From contig CM075990.1 of the NCBI GenBank assembly GCA_038087875.1, positions 3,660,001 through 3,724,000 on the forward strand: 64,000 nt of DNA, written 5' to 3'. Below, one piece after another: positions 51,829 through 64,000 of the stretch. The first letter of the stretch is position 1. Every line of letters begins with the position of its first letter. This stretch comes from Malacoraja senta (taxonomy: Eukaryota). The notes below the pieces were generated by a model. That model was not told the origin of the DNA. It searched no databases and was given only the letters and a program-made list of their open reading frames with translations. Position numbers and translations under genes: made by a program.

Positions 51829-53068
51829 TTAGGTTGCTCGGAAGTTCCTGTCCTCCAGCAAGCTGGCAGATCTGTTGGCAAGGGTCGCTGCGTCATTGAC
51901 TAGCTTGTAGCCAAAGAGCCTCATGGTGGGCTCGCAGACCTGCTGGACCACCCGGGCTATCTTGAAGGGTAGGCCGAGCCGCCACTTCTCAAACTGCTCC
52001 GAAGAGTTCTTGTGGGTGGAGTAGACATTGTCGCTGGCCTTGGAGGCCTGGGTATTCTCGTAGATCCATCTCTTCACCTCGTCCGTGATGGGGATGCCGG
52101 CGAAGCGGTACATCTCCTCGGCCTTCTTGAGGGGCTCCAGGGCGATATCCTCGTAGCGCATCAGCATGAAGCGGCCCCTGAGCCAGGGGGGCTGCCTGAT
52201 GCCCAGCTGGGCGGAGGCCCGGAGGTTCTCGCAGTTGCCCCGCAGCCTGCCCACCTCCTCGTCATCCGGCACGTGCCCCTCGTTGGCCCACTTCTTCCAC
52301 GCGTCGTACTTGTCGGGGAAGGCCACCATGCGTGAGGCCAGCACCGCCCGCGGGTCGCGGACCAGCTGGATGATCTTGAGGTCGATCCTGAGGTCCTCTA
52401 CCAGAGGACGGAGGTACTCCAGCTGCCTGAGGCGCACGGTCTTCATGGCCACGTGCTGCTTCTGGAGGCAGGCCTGAATGGCCAGGGTCATGTTGAGGAG
52501 GCCGCACTGCCGGATGCGGCACGGGAACTTCTGAGTGTCCCCCCTCTTGGTCGGAGTGCAGACCGCGCCCTCGCACAGCGACTTGCTGGAGCTCCGGCGG
52601 AAGAGGAAGCCGGTGAGGTGGCGTTCGGGCATGGGGAAGAGGAAATTCTCCAGCGCATAGAGGTCGCACAGCATCAACTGCTGCACCGTGTCGCGGTAGA
52701 CGATGGAGGAGGCCACCGCGTTCATCCCTCCCGGCTCGAAGGTCACTGTCTTCTCCACTTGCCACAGTGGCTCGAACAGGTAGAAGATGTTGCTGTTCTG
52801 GTTGAAGAACTCGCCCACGAACGAGGACCCCGTCCTGGTGGTGGCCATCAACAGCAGGTGCCTCCTGCCCGTCACCTCCTTCCGCTCTTCCCCGCCCAGT
52901 GTGGTCCGCAGTATGGAACAGTTTCTCTGTGCTTTGTGCAGCTGCCCCAGAGCGCTGTTGGAGCTGGCCCCCAGGGTGTTATTCTCAGTCAAGGCCCTGG
53001 CAGAGATGGTATTGTTCGGACCCACAAATTCCATTTGCGAGAATTTCACCACGAACTTGTCGGACACC
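51829..53068 (-). CDS. CHST3: CHST3 (chondroitin 6-O-sulfotransferase 1), last coding exon with the Golgi sulfotransferase catalytic domain
   Basis: ORF carries the 5'-PSB motif ([19 protein letters not shown]), YLFEPLW and the 3'-PB motif ([14 protein letters not shown]) of the GST/CHST family. Acceptor ttttccccattcAG|G at 53070-53069 gives R|VSDK, the junction known from vertebrate CHST3. Stop TAA at 51831-51829. Confidence 0.95.
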
Positions 53069-56000
53069 CTGAATGGGGAAAAAGTAGGTATTAGTAAAAT
53101 GTTCACCACACTTTAAATACAGGCAGCTATGTAATTTTACCTTGGGCAGCGGTAGAGTTGCTGCCTCACAGCGCCGGAGACCTGGGTTCGATCCTGAATA
53201 TGGGTGCTCTCTGTACGGAGTTTGCACGTTCTCCTCGTGACCTGCGTGGGTTTACACCGGGATCTCCGGTCTCCTCCCACACTCCAAAGACTAACACGTT
53301 TGTAGGCTAATTGGCTTGGTATAATTATAAATTGTCCCTAGTGTGTGTAGGATAGTGTAGGTGTGCAGGGATCGTTTGTCAGCGTGGACTCGATGGGCCG
53401 AAGGGCCTGTATCCTCTAGGCTAAACTAAATTAAACTAAAATGAGTAAAAACTTCTCAAGAGTCACTGCAACAAGCCAAATTTGTCAAAAGATCAAAATT
53501 GCAAAGAGGATTCAATTTTGGGTAAATGTTATGAATGTCAATAAACTGCTATGAATAGAGGCAGTCAATATACAGGCCATCCCATGTCACACTTGTTCAT
53601 AAGTTCTAGGAGCAAAATTAGGCCATTCGGCCCATCAAGTCTACTACACCGTTCAATCATGGCTTCTGTATCATTCCCTCTCAACCCCATTCTCCTGCCT
53701 TCTCCCCATAAGCCCTGTCACCCGTACTAATCAAGAATTGTTGACACCCTTAAATATAAAAAATTATTAAATGCAGAAATCCAAGATACATATATTTCTG
53801 CTCTCCTAGTTTCTGTTTTCCTATCTCTCTCTCTCTCCTTTCAGTAATTGTCCTTTCTCATGAGTCCTATGTGCCATTTGTTACAATACTGTTGAGGTGT
53901 GGTTATTGGATCGAGTCATTTTTTGGCGTATTTTCCAACTTACGGACAAAATCCAGTGATGGGCGTCTGTAACAACCGGAACCCATTTGTTACCTGGGTT
54001 TAGTTTAGTTTAGTTTAGTTTTAGTTTAGCAGCAGTGACAATGTACAATTATACCAAGCCAATTAACCTACAAACCTGTGCGTCTTCGGAGTGTGGGAGG
54101 AAACCGGAGATCCTGGAGAAAACCCACGCAGGTCACGGGGAGAACGTACAGACAGCATCCGTAGTCAGGTTCGAAACTGGGTCTCTGGTGCAGTAAGGCA
54201 GTAACTCTACCGCAGCGCCACTGTGCTGCACTGTATGATAGACAATAGACAATAGGTGCAGGAGTAGGCCATTCGGCCCTTCGAGTCAGCACCGCCATTC
54301 AATGTGATCATGGCTGATCATCCCCAATCAGTACCCCGTTCCTGCCTTCTCCCCATATCCCTTGACTCTGCTATTTTTAAGAGCCCTATCTAGCTCTCTC
54401 TTGAAAGCATCCAGAGAACCTGCCTCCACCGCCCTCTGAGGCAGAGAATTCCACAGACTCACCACTCTCTGTGAGAAAAAGTGTTTCCTCGTCTCCGTTC
54501 TAAATTGCTTACTCCTTATTCTTAAACTGTGGCCCCTGGTTCTGGACTCCCCCAACATCGGGAACATGTTTCCTGCCTCTAGTGTGTCCAAGCCCTTAAC
54601 AATCTTATATGTTTCATTTATGGCCTGTGTTTAAGAGGCGTTAAGATAGGCACATGAAAATGAAATGAATAGAGGGATATGGATCACGTCCAGGCAAATG
54701 AGATCAGTTTAATTTGGCATCATGTTCGGCACAGACATGGTGAGCCGAAGGGCCTGTTCCTGTGCTGTTCTATGTTCAATCTTCCGTGAATAGTGCAGAG
54801 GTATGATAAATGTAGGCCAGCAATGGACTGTCATTATGTGCAGAATCCATCATCGCATCAATGGCATAAATTGGGATAATGGGCTAAATTGAATCTGTCA
54901 TGGACTGATATCATAATTTCATTCAACTGATGCCTTGGGAGAACAATTAAAATCATTTTAAATGAGCAAATATATACTCACACAGTGTCACTGAAGCAAT
55001 TTTATTAATAGGATTTGTCAGAGAATTATTATTACACTCGGAACGTATCAATGCATTTACATGTGTGAATAAACCAGGGTTAAACATGGTTCGTGTGGGA
55101 AGGAACTGCAGATGCTGGTTTACACCGAAGGGCGACACAAAATGCTGGAGTAACTCAGCGGGACAGGCAGCATCTCTGGAAAAAAGGAATAGGCGATGTT
55201 TTGGTTCGAGACCCTTCTTCAGTCTGAGGGTCGGGGAGGTGGAAACGAGAGGTATGAAAGGATTCAGAGGTATGAAAATCAGAAAATAACAAATCAAAGC
55301 CAGCAACGATGATCAAGGAAAAGTGGAGCCCACAATGGTGCATTGTTGGCTGGGGAAGTGGATATAATGAGTGGATACAAACAGAAAAACTAAGCAGAAC
55401 GATAGTATTTGTTTATACTATTAGGTTCATTCACTATGTTGAATGGATGTACGACACTATTGTGGCATAATAGTTATGCTACAGGTTTAGTTATCCAACC
55501 GAAGTAAGTTCACTTCAAACCATGGGAATTTGAGGACAAAGAAGGTGACATTGTCTACAAGCTGATAGGCTATTCAACAGTCAAGTTTAATTTAGTTTAG
55601 TTTAGTTTAATTTAGGTACACAGTGCAGAAACAGGCTCTTCGGCCCACCGAGTCTGTGCCGACCAGCGATCTCCCCCGTACACTAGCACTGCCCTACACA
55701 CTAGGGACAATTAACAATCTCTACCGAAGCCAATTAACCTGTATATCTTTGGAGTGTGGGAGGAAACCAGGGCACCCGGAGGAAACCCACGTGATCACAG
55801 GGAGAATGTACAAACTCCGTACAGACAGGACCCGTAGTCAGGATCGAACCCGGGTCTTTGGCGCTGTAAGGCAGCAACTCTACCGCTGAACCACCGTGAC
55901 AAAGAAAGTGTTTTATTATCATATGAGGCGATAGGGAACCATCAAATTCTTACTGTACTTCCAGCAGCAGCACAATAGGTTGTTAAATGCGCTACTCAAT

Positions 56001-59000
56001 AAATAATAAAACAAACAATAAAAAAATATGCTTAATAAATTAAAATAAAACCCAATATAGTGCAGAACCAAAACAAGGCTCAAAGTCCCTCGTGTAACAC
56101 AGGCAGTTCATAGTTCAAAGTTTGGTTTAGTTTAGTTTTGTGATAAAGCGTGGAAACAAGCCCTTCGGCCCACCGAGTCCGCACCGACCAGCGATCCCCA
56201 CATATTAACACTACACCTAATCAGCTACACACACACTTGTGACAATTGAAATTTATACCAAGCCAATTAACCTACGTCTTTGGAGGAAACCGGAGCACCC
56301 AGAGAAAACCGACGCGGTCGCGGGGAGAACGTACAAACTCACGTACAAACGTACAGACAGTACCCGTAGTCGGAATCGAGCCTGGGTCTCTGGCGCTGTA
56401 AGCGCTGTAAGGCAGCAACTCTACTGCTGCGCCACCGTGCCGTTATTTGGTATTTCTTAATAAAATTAATTAATTAATTAATCAATTACTTTAAAATCAT
56501 TTTCATCCATTGTAGTTTTTAAATATCTCTGAATACTAGAGGCAATTAACTACTTTTCGTAACTTTCAATGGCCTGACGGTTGTTGAGAAGATGTTGCTG
56601 AACTTGTAACCAAGGTTGGTCAAACTGAATTCACAGCTGAGAAGGAGCTATATTTTCACAGCTGCATGTATTCCATGCATACCAGGGCACATCGAAGGTT
56701 GGGTAGATGACAGCATGGCATGCCATGACTCCACATGGCCTCTCCAGCATCAACCTAAACAATAACCAGGAGTGTGAATAGATTTACAGGGCAGCACGGT
56801 GGCGCAACGGTAGAGTTGCTGCCTCACAGCGCCAGAGACTTGGGTTCGATCCCGACTGCGGGTGCTGTCTGTACGGAGTTTGTATGTTCTCCCCGTGACG
56901 TGCGTGAGTTTTCTCCAGGAGCTCCGGTTTCTTCTAACGCTCCAAAGACGTAGGTTAATTGGCTTGGTATAAAATTGAAAAATTGTGCCTACTGTGCACT
57001 GGGGTCGCTGGTCAGCATTGACTCAGTGGGTCGAAGGGCCTGTATCTGCAGTATCTCTAAACTAAACTAAGCTAAACTACTGTACATCAATCACTTCATG
57101 AGCCGTGATGCCATTGAGGAAAAAGGATTCTATTTGACCAGTAACACACTCACCAATCTTTTATTTCCATTTTCACTACAACCTGTTGTGTTAGGTTAAG
57201 AAATTCATGGAATCTATAGATTTTAGAGAACAGGCCCTTCGGCCCACCGGGTCCGCACCGACCAGTGATCCCCCCGTACACCAGCATTATCCTACACACT
57301 GGGGACAATTGACAATTTTACTGAAGCCAATTAACCTACAAACCTGTGTCTCCTTGGAGTGTGGGAAGAGACCGGAACACCCGGAGAAAACCCGCACAGG
57401 TCACGTGGTGCACGTAGAAACTCCACGGACAGCACCCGTAGTCAGAATCGAACCTGGGTCTCTGGTGCTGCGAGGCAGCAACTCTACTGCGGCGCCACCG
57501 TGCCGCTCTATTAGGTTAACAAATTCGTGGCATCTGCCTGGAATAGCAGGTGCAATGCAATACCATTGCCTCCAATGTAATAAAAAGGAATTGCAGATGT
57601 GGTTTATACCAAAGATAGACACAAAGTGCTGGAGTAACACAGCGGGTCAGGCAGCATCTCTGGAAGAAGTGGATAGCTGATGTTTCAGGTCGGGACCCTT
57701 CCTCAGTCTGAGGGTCCCGGCCCGAAACGTCACCTATCAATTTTCTCCAGAGATGCTGCTTGACCTGCTGAGTTTCTCCAGCACCTAGTGTCTACCATTG
57801 ACTCCAGGGCCGCTGCATGTTAAGTTATCACTCCATCACCACAGGGTGAGGGTTCCTACTCATTCCCAACCCCACCTCTGGAGCTTGTTCACCCTCACCG
57901 CCGTTTAAGGAAGCATCTTTTATGAATCATAAGCGATAGGAGCAGAATTGGGCCATTCAGCCCATCGACTCTCCTCCGTCATTCAATCATGGCTGATCAA
58001 TCTCTCCCTCCTAACCCCATTCTCCTGCCTTCTCCCCATAACCCCTGACACCCGTACTAATCAAGAATCTATCTATCTCTGCCTTAAAAATATCCATTGA
58101 CTTCCACAGATTCACTGCCCTCTCACTAAAGAAGTTCCTCCTCATCTCTTTCCTAAAAGAATGTCCTTTAATTCTGAGGCTACGGCCTCTGGTCTGAGGC
58201 TCTCCCACCAGTGGAAACATCCGCTCCACATCCACTTTGTCCAGGCCTGATAGATTCTGGGCATTTGTATAACATGTATAACAAATGCTGGTATTACTGG
58301 CAACAGCCAAATCCCCGGTTTATTTACGAGGCATATATTGAAAGGGAACGTGTCAACACATCGGGATTATAAATAGACATTGAAGCAGGATTTGTTGACG
58401 GAACAAAGAATGGCATGCAATGGATCCGGCCTGTTTCCTGAACTCACTGCCCAAGCCCACCCGCCATCCCCGCTCATTCACATTATCTTATACAAGGGAC
58501 AGATTTTTTACATTTATACCAAGCCAATTAACCTACATCTTTGGAGTGTGGGAGGAAGCCGAAGATCTCAGAGAAAACCCAGGTTGTCACGGGGGGAATG
58601 TACAAACTCCGTACAGACAGCGGGCATGGTCAGGATCGAACCTGGATCTCTGGCGCTGTAAGGCAGCAACTCTACCGCTGCGCCCCCGTGCCACCCCACG
58701 ACTTTGTTTCTACCTAATTTTAAAGGACAATCTATACCTCAACGACATCGATCTCACTGACATTATTCTTCACTGGCCTTTGTCCAGTCATCTTAAAAAA
58801 CAACCACCTTACCCTGTAATCTCAGGTAAACTACTCTCATTTGTATCCATCTATCATTTCCTGGGCTTTGTCTACTTCAACCCCCCCCCCCCCCCCCCCA
58901 CACTTCCTTTCTAGCTTTCTCTCGCCACCCCTGCACCCTACCCCCACCAAAATCAGCCTGAAGGATGAGAAAGGATCATAGAAACATAAAATTCTTAAGG

Positions 59001-59055
59001 GGTTGGACAGGCTAGATGCAGGGACAATGTTCCCCATGTTGAGGGAGGCCAGAAC

Positions 59056-59367
59056 TGATAATATGTAAGAATATGGGGACTTTGGAAAATAGCTGACAGT
59101 GAGCACGGTCAAGGTGGATGAGGTGACAAAACACCAGGTACAAGAGGTCCATGTGACCTCGCTGGTGCCATTAAGTCTAGGTTTGTGCAAGGGGACTCCA
59201 GGTGGCTTCTGTTCTTGTGGCTTCTCTGAAACCATTAAGTCTAGGTTCTGTTGAACAGATGCTGAACCTAAGCCTGTGATTGGGTAGAGGATTATATGTT
59301 TACACTTAGTACCTGGGTACTACAAGGTTTTTGTATACATCGGTTAGATTAGATCCGGGCATTAACA
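59056..59367 (+). mobile_element. Short solo LTR (312 bp) in the CHST3 intron
   Basis: TGATAAT...ATTAACA ends; TSD GAAC at 59052-59055 and 59368-59371; absent from the paralogous site at ~36970. Confidence 0.78.
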
Positions 59368-60051
59368 GAACCAGGGGTCACAGTTTAAGAATAAGGGGTA
59401 GGCCATTCAGGATTGAGATGAGGAAAAACCCTTTCACCCAGAGAGTTGTGAATCTGTGGAATTCTCTGCCACAGAAGGCAGTGGAGGCCAATTCACTGGA
59501 TGTTCTTAAAAGAGTTAGATATAGCTCTTAGGGCTAATGGAATCAAGGGATATGGGGAAAAAGCAGCAATGGGGTACTGAATTTGGATGATCAGCCATGA
59601 TCATAGTGAATGGCGGTGCTGGCTCGAAGAGCCGGATGGCCTACTCCTGCACCTATCTTCTATGTTTCTATGTTTCTAAGAAGGAGGGTCCTGACACAAA
59701 AAGTCACCTAACCGTGTTCTCCAGAGATGCTGCTTGACCTGCCGAGTTCCTCCAGCACTTTGTGTCTTTTATTTTGCGTAAACCAGCATCTGCAGTTCTT
59801 TCTGCCTTTATTTTGGCCCGGATCTGTTGAGCTCAATGCCCAGGGCTAAGCTGTCAAGATTGATTGACCTGTGCCCTTCCCACACAAGCCCATTCTCGTT
59901 GTATAACTCAACCTTCCCGGAGAAGGAGATTGAATGAATGGATGGCTTCATTGTCACACGTGACAAGTCACAGTGAAATTCTTTGCTTGCATCCCCAAGG
60001 TATGCAAAGAGTCGCTACATAAAGGGCGCTGACAAAGAGGGAACGTCTTAC

Positions 60052-60137
60052 CTTGAAATTATGTTGTTCTCTTTCTCAATGATCACAAGGGCAACAAGGA
60101 AAAATAGAATAATGGCATATTTGCTCCTCATTCTCAT
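60052..60137 (-). CDS. CHST3: CHST3 first coding exon (cytoplasmic tail plus type II signal anchor)
   Basis: The - strand reads [28 protein letters not shown], then AG|GTAAGA (donor GT at 60051-60050). This resembles [28 protein letters not shown] of human CHST3 (from memory). The phase-2 donor joins the 53068 acceptor in frame: 86+1240 nt = 442 codons including the stop. This reading frame is absent from the ORF track. Confidence 0.93.
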
Positions 60138-60325
60138 TGCTACTGTCTTTGAGGCTGGGATCCTGATACAATGGTGCGCAGGAGGTCCCTAGGCACAGAA
60201 GCGTGCCGCTCAATGGTCCGCCAGGGATTCGGTACAGCCCACCTCCGTGCCAGCGTAGGGCCAGTCTACTGGTGAAGGTATCGGTCACAGAGCCTCTCTC
60301 CTCTCCCCAGTCACACCAAATTGTG
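60138..60325 (-). other. CHST3: Probable 5' UTR part of the first coding exon of CHST3
   Basis: Strong acceptor ctccttctctgtgttgtctttgcAG| at 60327-60326. No ATG between 60325 and 60138. In-frame TAG at 60191-60189. Confidence 0.65.
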
Positions 60326-61433
60326 CTGCAAAGACAACACAGAGAAGGAGTTTAATTATTCAGCTCAGAGCTCACCCCATGCAAAAAACCTTGCGCTGAT
60401 CACCTTCGCTCTGTCCACCTTGGCCTACGCGATCTCCCAGTTACCAAACCCTTTCCCCCTCCCACTCCCACTCCCACACTGAACTTTCTGTCCTGGGCCT
60501 CCTCCACTGTCAGAGTGAGGCCCATCGCAAATTGGAGAAACAGCACCTTATATTTCGCTTGGTCAGCTCACACCCCAGCGGTCTGAACATTGATCTAATG
60601 ATGAATCATGAATCAAATTTCAAGCAATCCTTGTGTACCTTCCCTCTTCCGCCCTCCCCCACCCTGGTCATTCTAGTAAAGTTCAGTTTAGTTTGGTTTA
60701 TTGTCACGTGTACCGAGGAAATAGTGAAAAGCTTTTGTTGCGTGCTAACCAGCCAGCGGAAAGACAAAACATGATTGTCCTCGACAATCCTGCTAGTTTA
60801 ATTGTTCGTATCCCTTCATCAGCACCTCTTCCACAGCCAACAATGGACCATTGTGGGCTCCGCCTTTCCTTGATCTTCGGTGCAGACTCTGATTTGTTCT
60901 AAACATGTTCATAACTCTGGTTTCCCTCTCGCCTGACTCTCAGTCAGAAGAAGGGTCTCGACCCTAAATGTCACCGATTCCGTTTCTCCAGGGATGCTGC
61001 CTGACCCGCTGAGTTACTGCAGCATTTTGTGTCTATCTCTTGTGCCACCACCATTGGCTACAATCTCAATCTCTTGACCCCCTCCTGCCTCCCCCAACCT
61101 CTTTCCCACCCGACACTCTGGTGACCCCTCCTTTCTCCAATAGCTCCCCCCTCCTGCTCCAAGCGTTCCCTCCACCCGCTCCTGCCCCTCCCCATCCTAA
61201 CTGCTTGCAGCCCCCTCCCACCCTGCTGCCAATCCCTCCCTCTTCCACTAACAGCCCCTTCCACCTGCACTGATGCCCCTCTCTCCCGGTCTAACAAGTG
61301 AGTGTGTTCCCACTGTGCTGTTCTACCATTGCTAATTCATTCCGCATAGTGTTACTCACTACATCTGCCCTGCACTCTTACCTTAGACCATAGAACAATG
61401 CAGCCTATAGTGGCACAGTGATAGAGTCACTGT

Positions 61434-61958
61434 TAATGATTGCCAACTTTCTCACTCCCAAATAAGGGACAAAAGGTCAAAATATGGGACAAATTCTCAA
61501 CGGCAATTTGTTGACCGACTCGGCCGTGGCTGGGTGAATGATGATTTGGCCCCGGGTGCTGGACTGCACACGAAGCCCAGCCGGCGGACAGCTGACGAGT
61601 TTTGGCCTGCGCGATGTCACGCGCAAAGTCCGGCACCCCATCCAACTCATGAACCGATGATCGGCCATGAGAAGGAGGGGTGGTGGTGTCGGCGATAAGC
61701 GAAGGTCCGAAGGTCGGACAGCTGGCCGGGCTGCCGACCGACCGACGGGGCCACGGGCGAGGCGCTGCTGCTGCACTCCATGGGCAGCACTTCATCGGGA
61801 CGGGTGTGGCGGGGCCGGACGCGGCGCTCCGACCCGACAGTCCCCTCGACCCGAGATGTAGCAGTCAAATACGGGACAAGGGCGGTCCCGTATGGGACAA
61901 ACCAATTTAGCCCAAAATACGGGATGAGCCGGCCAATACGGGACAGTTGGCAACCCTA
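61434..61958. mobile_element. Non-autonomous hAT-like (Tip100-type ends) DNA transposon
   Basis: Right TIR AGTTGGCAACCCTA, degenerate left TIR TAATGATTGCCAACT, subterminal GGGACA repeats, degenerate 8-bp TSD GTCACTGT/GTCGTTGC; absent from the paralogous site at ~38730. Confidence 0.75.
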
Positions 61959-62190
61959 GTCGTTGCCTCATAGCGCCAGAAACCCGGGTTTGATCCTGAC
62001 TACGGGTACGGAGATTGCACTTCTCCCCGTGACCGCGTGGGTTTTCTCCGGGGGCTCCGGTTACCTCCCACACTCCAAAGACGTGCAGGTTTGGAGGTTA
62101 ATTGGCTTCGGTAAAAATTGTTAATTGTCCCCAGTGCGTAGGATAGAGCCAGTGTACGGTTGATCGTTGATCGGCACGGACTTGGTGGGC

Positions 62191-64000
62191 TGATGAAAAG
62201 GTTAAATGCTTTAAAATATATTAAAAATACATAGTGGAATACTTGACTAGGTTGTAGCTTATATTTCATCTCAAGCAGGCCTTCTCCAGTGGATTGATAA
62301 GAGAGAGAGAGGCAAGTCCAGGCTTGTTTCAGGTTGGTGTATATTGAGACAACGACCGGTGCCGTTGAAATGTGTCTACCAATTGATAAGAGAGACAGGC
62401 TCAGACTCGTGTAGGGATGTGTATTGATTGAATCTTGTGACCTCTTTGGAATGTGATTAAGTGACACACAGTATAAAGCACCGTGCAAAGCTTTGTTCGT
62501 TGAAGTGGGAAGTCAAGTGTTGCTTATTTGACTGTTGTATCCCCATCACTTCCCGGCCAATGATCAGTAAGAAGTATTTATTAACATTGGCGTAGTTGGC
62601 AGGATCTCACTGGAACCATCAACAGATGAATGTGTAAGAGGCTGCAGAGCGACCGGGATTGGACAGGAAGAAAACTGAGCTCTAATCGGACCCTTTGAGA
62701 CCGACTCCCATAGAAACGCCCGGGAACATCTGTTGTCCTTCGTCAGAAATTGATCTGGTTCTCCGCCGAGGTCCTTAATACAGACAACGGTAAGACTAAT
62801 TGTGTATGTATTTTGCTACCAGGAGAGTAGTCGGCGATTGGGCATGGCAAACTAAAATGTTTGGCGCAAATGTGTTATTTTGCTACTGGGAAAGTAGTTG
62901 GCAATTGGCTCCGCACAATGGGGAATAATTGTTCATAATGGGTTCACAAATGGGGAATAATCTGGATAAAAGTAATGGGGGAATGCCCGTCCAACATAGC
63001 CCGGGGACCCCTTGTCTGGCACGACGACCCTGTTTATGGAAGAGGAGGGATGAGGAACAAATTCGGGGGGGCTCCAGCCACTCCTCAGGGAAGGGCACCC
63101 CCAGAAGAAAATGATACTGATAGCGACTGGGAGACTAAAAAGGAAGATGAAAAAGAAGGGAAGGGCTGAGGCAGAAGAGGAAGGAGTAGTATTGAATCCA
63201 GCAGTGAGAGATTTAAACAATGCAAAGCTAGAGTATCATTGAGACGGGATACTACTGTTGCCCCTTGCCTCTGCCAAAGCACCGAATTCTGCACATTGGT
63301 CCCCACAGAACCAAAGATTCTAGTAAACAGAACAGCCTTGCCAAGACATGGGTGATGTAAAGTCAATACAGAGGGACGCCTCTTAGTGCGCAGCGAGATT
63401 TTTGGAAACGAGAGGGCTGCCCCATTGACTCTTTGACGGGCCTCTGGCTCACCCCTCTCGGGCAAGTTTGTGTAACTGATGTTTTTCTGTCCGTTCTTTT
63501 ATATTATATACACTGCCTTACGAATGCTTTTCTATTTATGTGGAAATTAACTGTTTATTCTTTGTTTTCTTTTAACTGTTAAACAGAGGAGAGATGCAAA
63601 AATGCAGTTTGTTTTGTCTTATCAATGTTTTCAGTTTTTTTCCCCTATTTCTAATCTTTTGAACTGAGTTCAAAAAGAGAACTGGATACTTTTGGCATCC
63701 TGGTTAAAGTGAGATTGGAGATGCCAATATCGCAGGGGGAAAAAAAAGTTAATTTGGGAAAATTGTGATTAGTATACATTCATGCTAGGAATTTGAAATT
63801 GTGAATTTGGAGAGATAGATTGGAACAATTGGGAATAATTTTCAAATTGTTTTTCTTAATAATGATCTGTTTTTTTAAAGAGTTTAAAGATATTGGCGAA
63901 GTTATGGATTACTGATTTTGATGTGTTAACAGTGTTTGTCTTTTAGAATGAAAATGAGCAGCCAGGTTCCTGTCTACAGGGAAGTAAATGTGTGGAGGCT
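62191..64000 (+). mobile_element. 5' end of an LTR retroelement (ERV or Gypsy): LTR ~62191-62586, tRNA-Ser PBS, degenerate leader/gag; probably continues beyond the window
   Basis: LTR ends TTAACA; PBS TGGCGTAGTTGGCAGGAT at 62588-62605; TATAAA ~62473; donor-like CGGTAAGA ~62788; short MG-starting ORF at 62938. Confidence 0.75.

Noticed and set aside
53069..53109. N-terminus [13 protein letters not shown] of the 426-aa ORF call
   Set aside because: Intronic polypyrimidine tract upstream of the acceptor; the true N-terminus comes from 60137-60052.
52012..53116. Overlapping + strand and alternate-frame ORFs (up to 213 aa) over CHST3
   Set aside because: Shadow ORFs of a GC3-rich coding exon, with no recognisable motifs.

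Overview
Vertebrate genomic DNA dominated by repeats. The HE1-type tRNA-derived SINEs with (TAAAC)n tails and the CR1/HER1-like LINEs point to a cartilaginous fish, probably a skate or ray (inference). One host gene is supported: CHST3 (chondroitin 6-O-sulfotransferase) on the - strand, with two coding exons (60137-60052 and 53068-51829, 441 aa when spliced). The rest is nested mobile DNA: about 25 HE1-like SINEs, CR1, Rex1/Babar and L1 LINEs, Penelope-like (GIY-YIG) retroelements, PIF/Harbinger-like MITEs, a hAT-like element, LTR elements, a minisatellite and (GT)n tracts. Most notable: (i) a recurring minimal hammerhead-ribozyme-like motif in the Penelope termini, also present in tiny TSD-flanked and fold-back insertions; (ii) an L1 flanked by a ~140-bp direct duplication inside a four-layer nest; (iii) an exon-less, colinear relic duplicate of CHST3 intronic/upstream DNA that supplies empty-site alleles for five insertions. 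I cannot show a wholly new biological system from sequence alone. Repeat boundaries were read by eye and are approximate unless TSDs are quoted.
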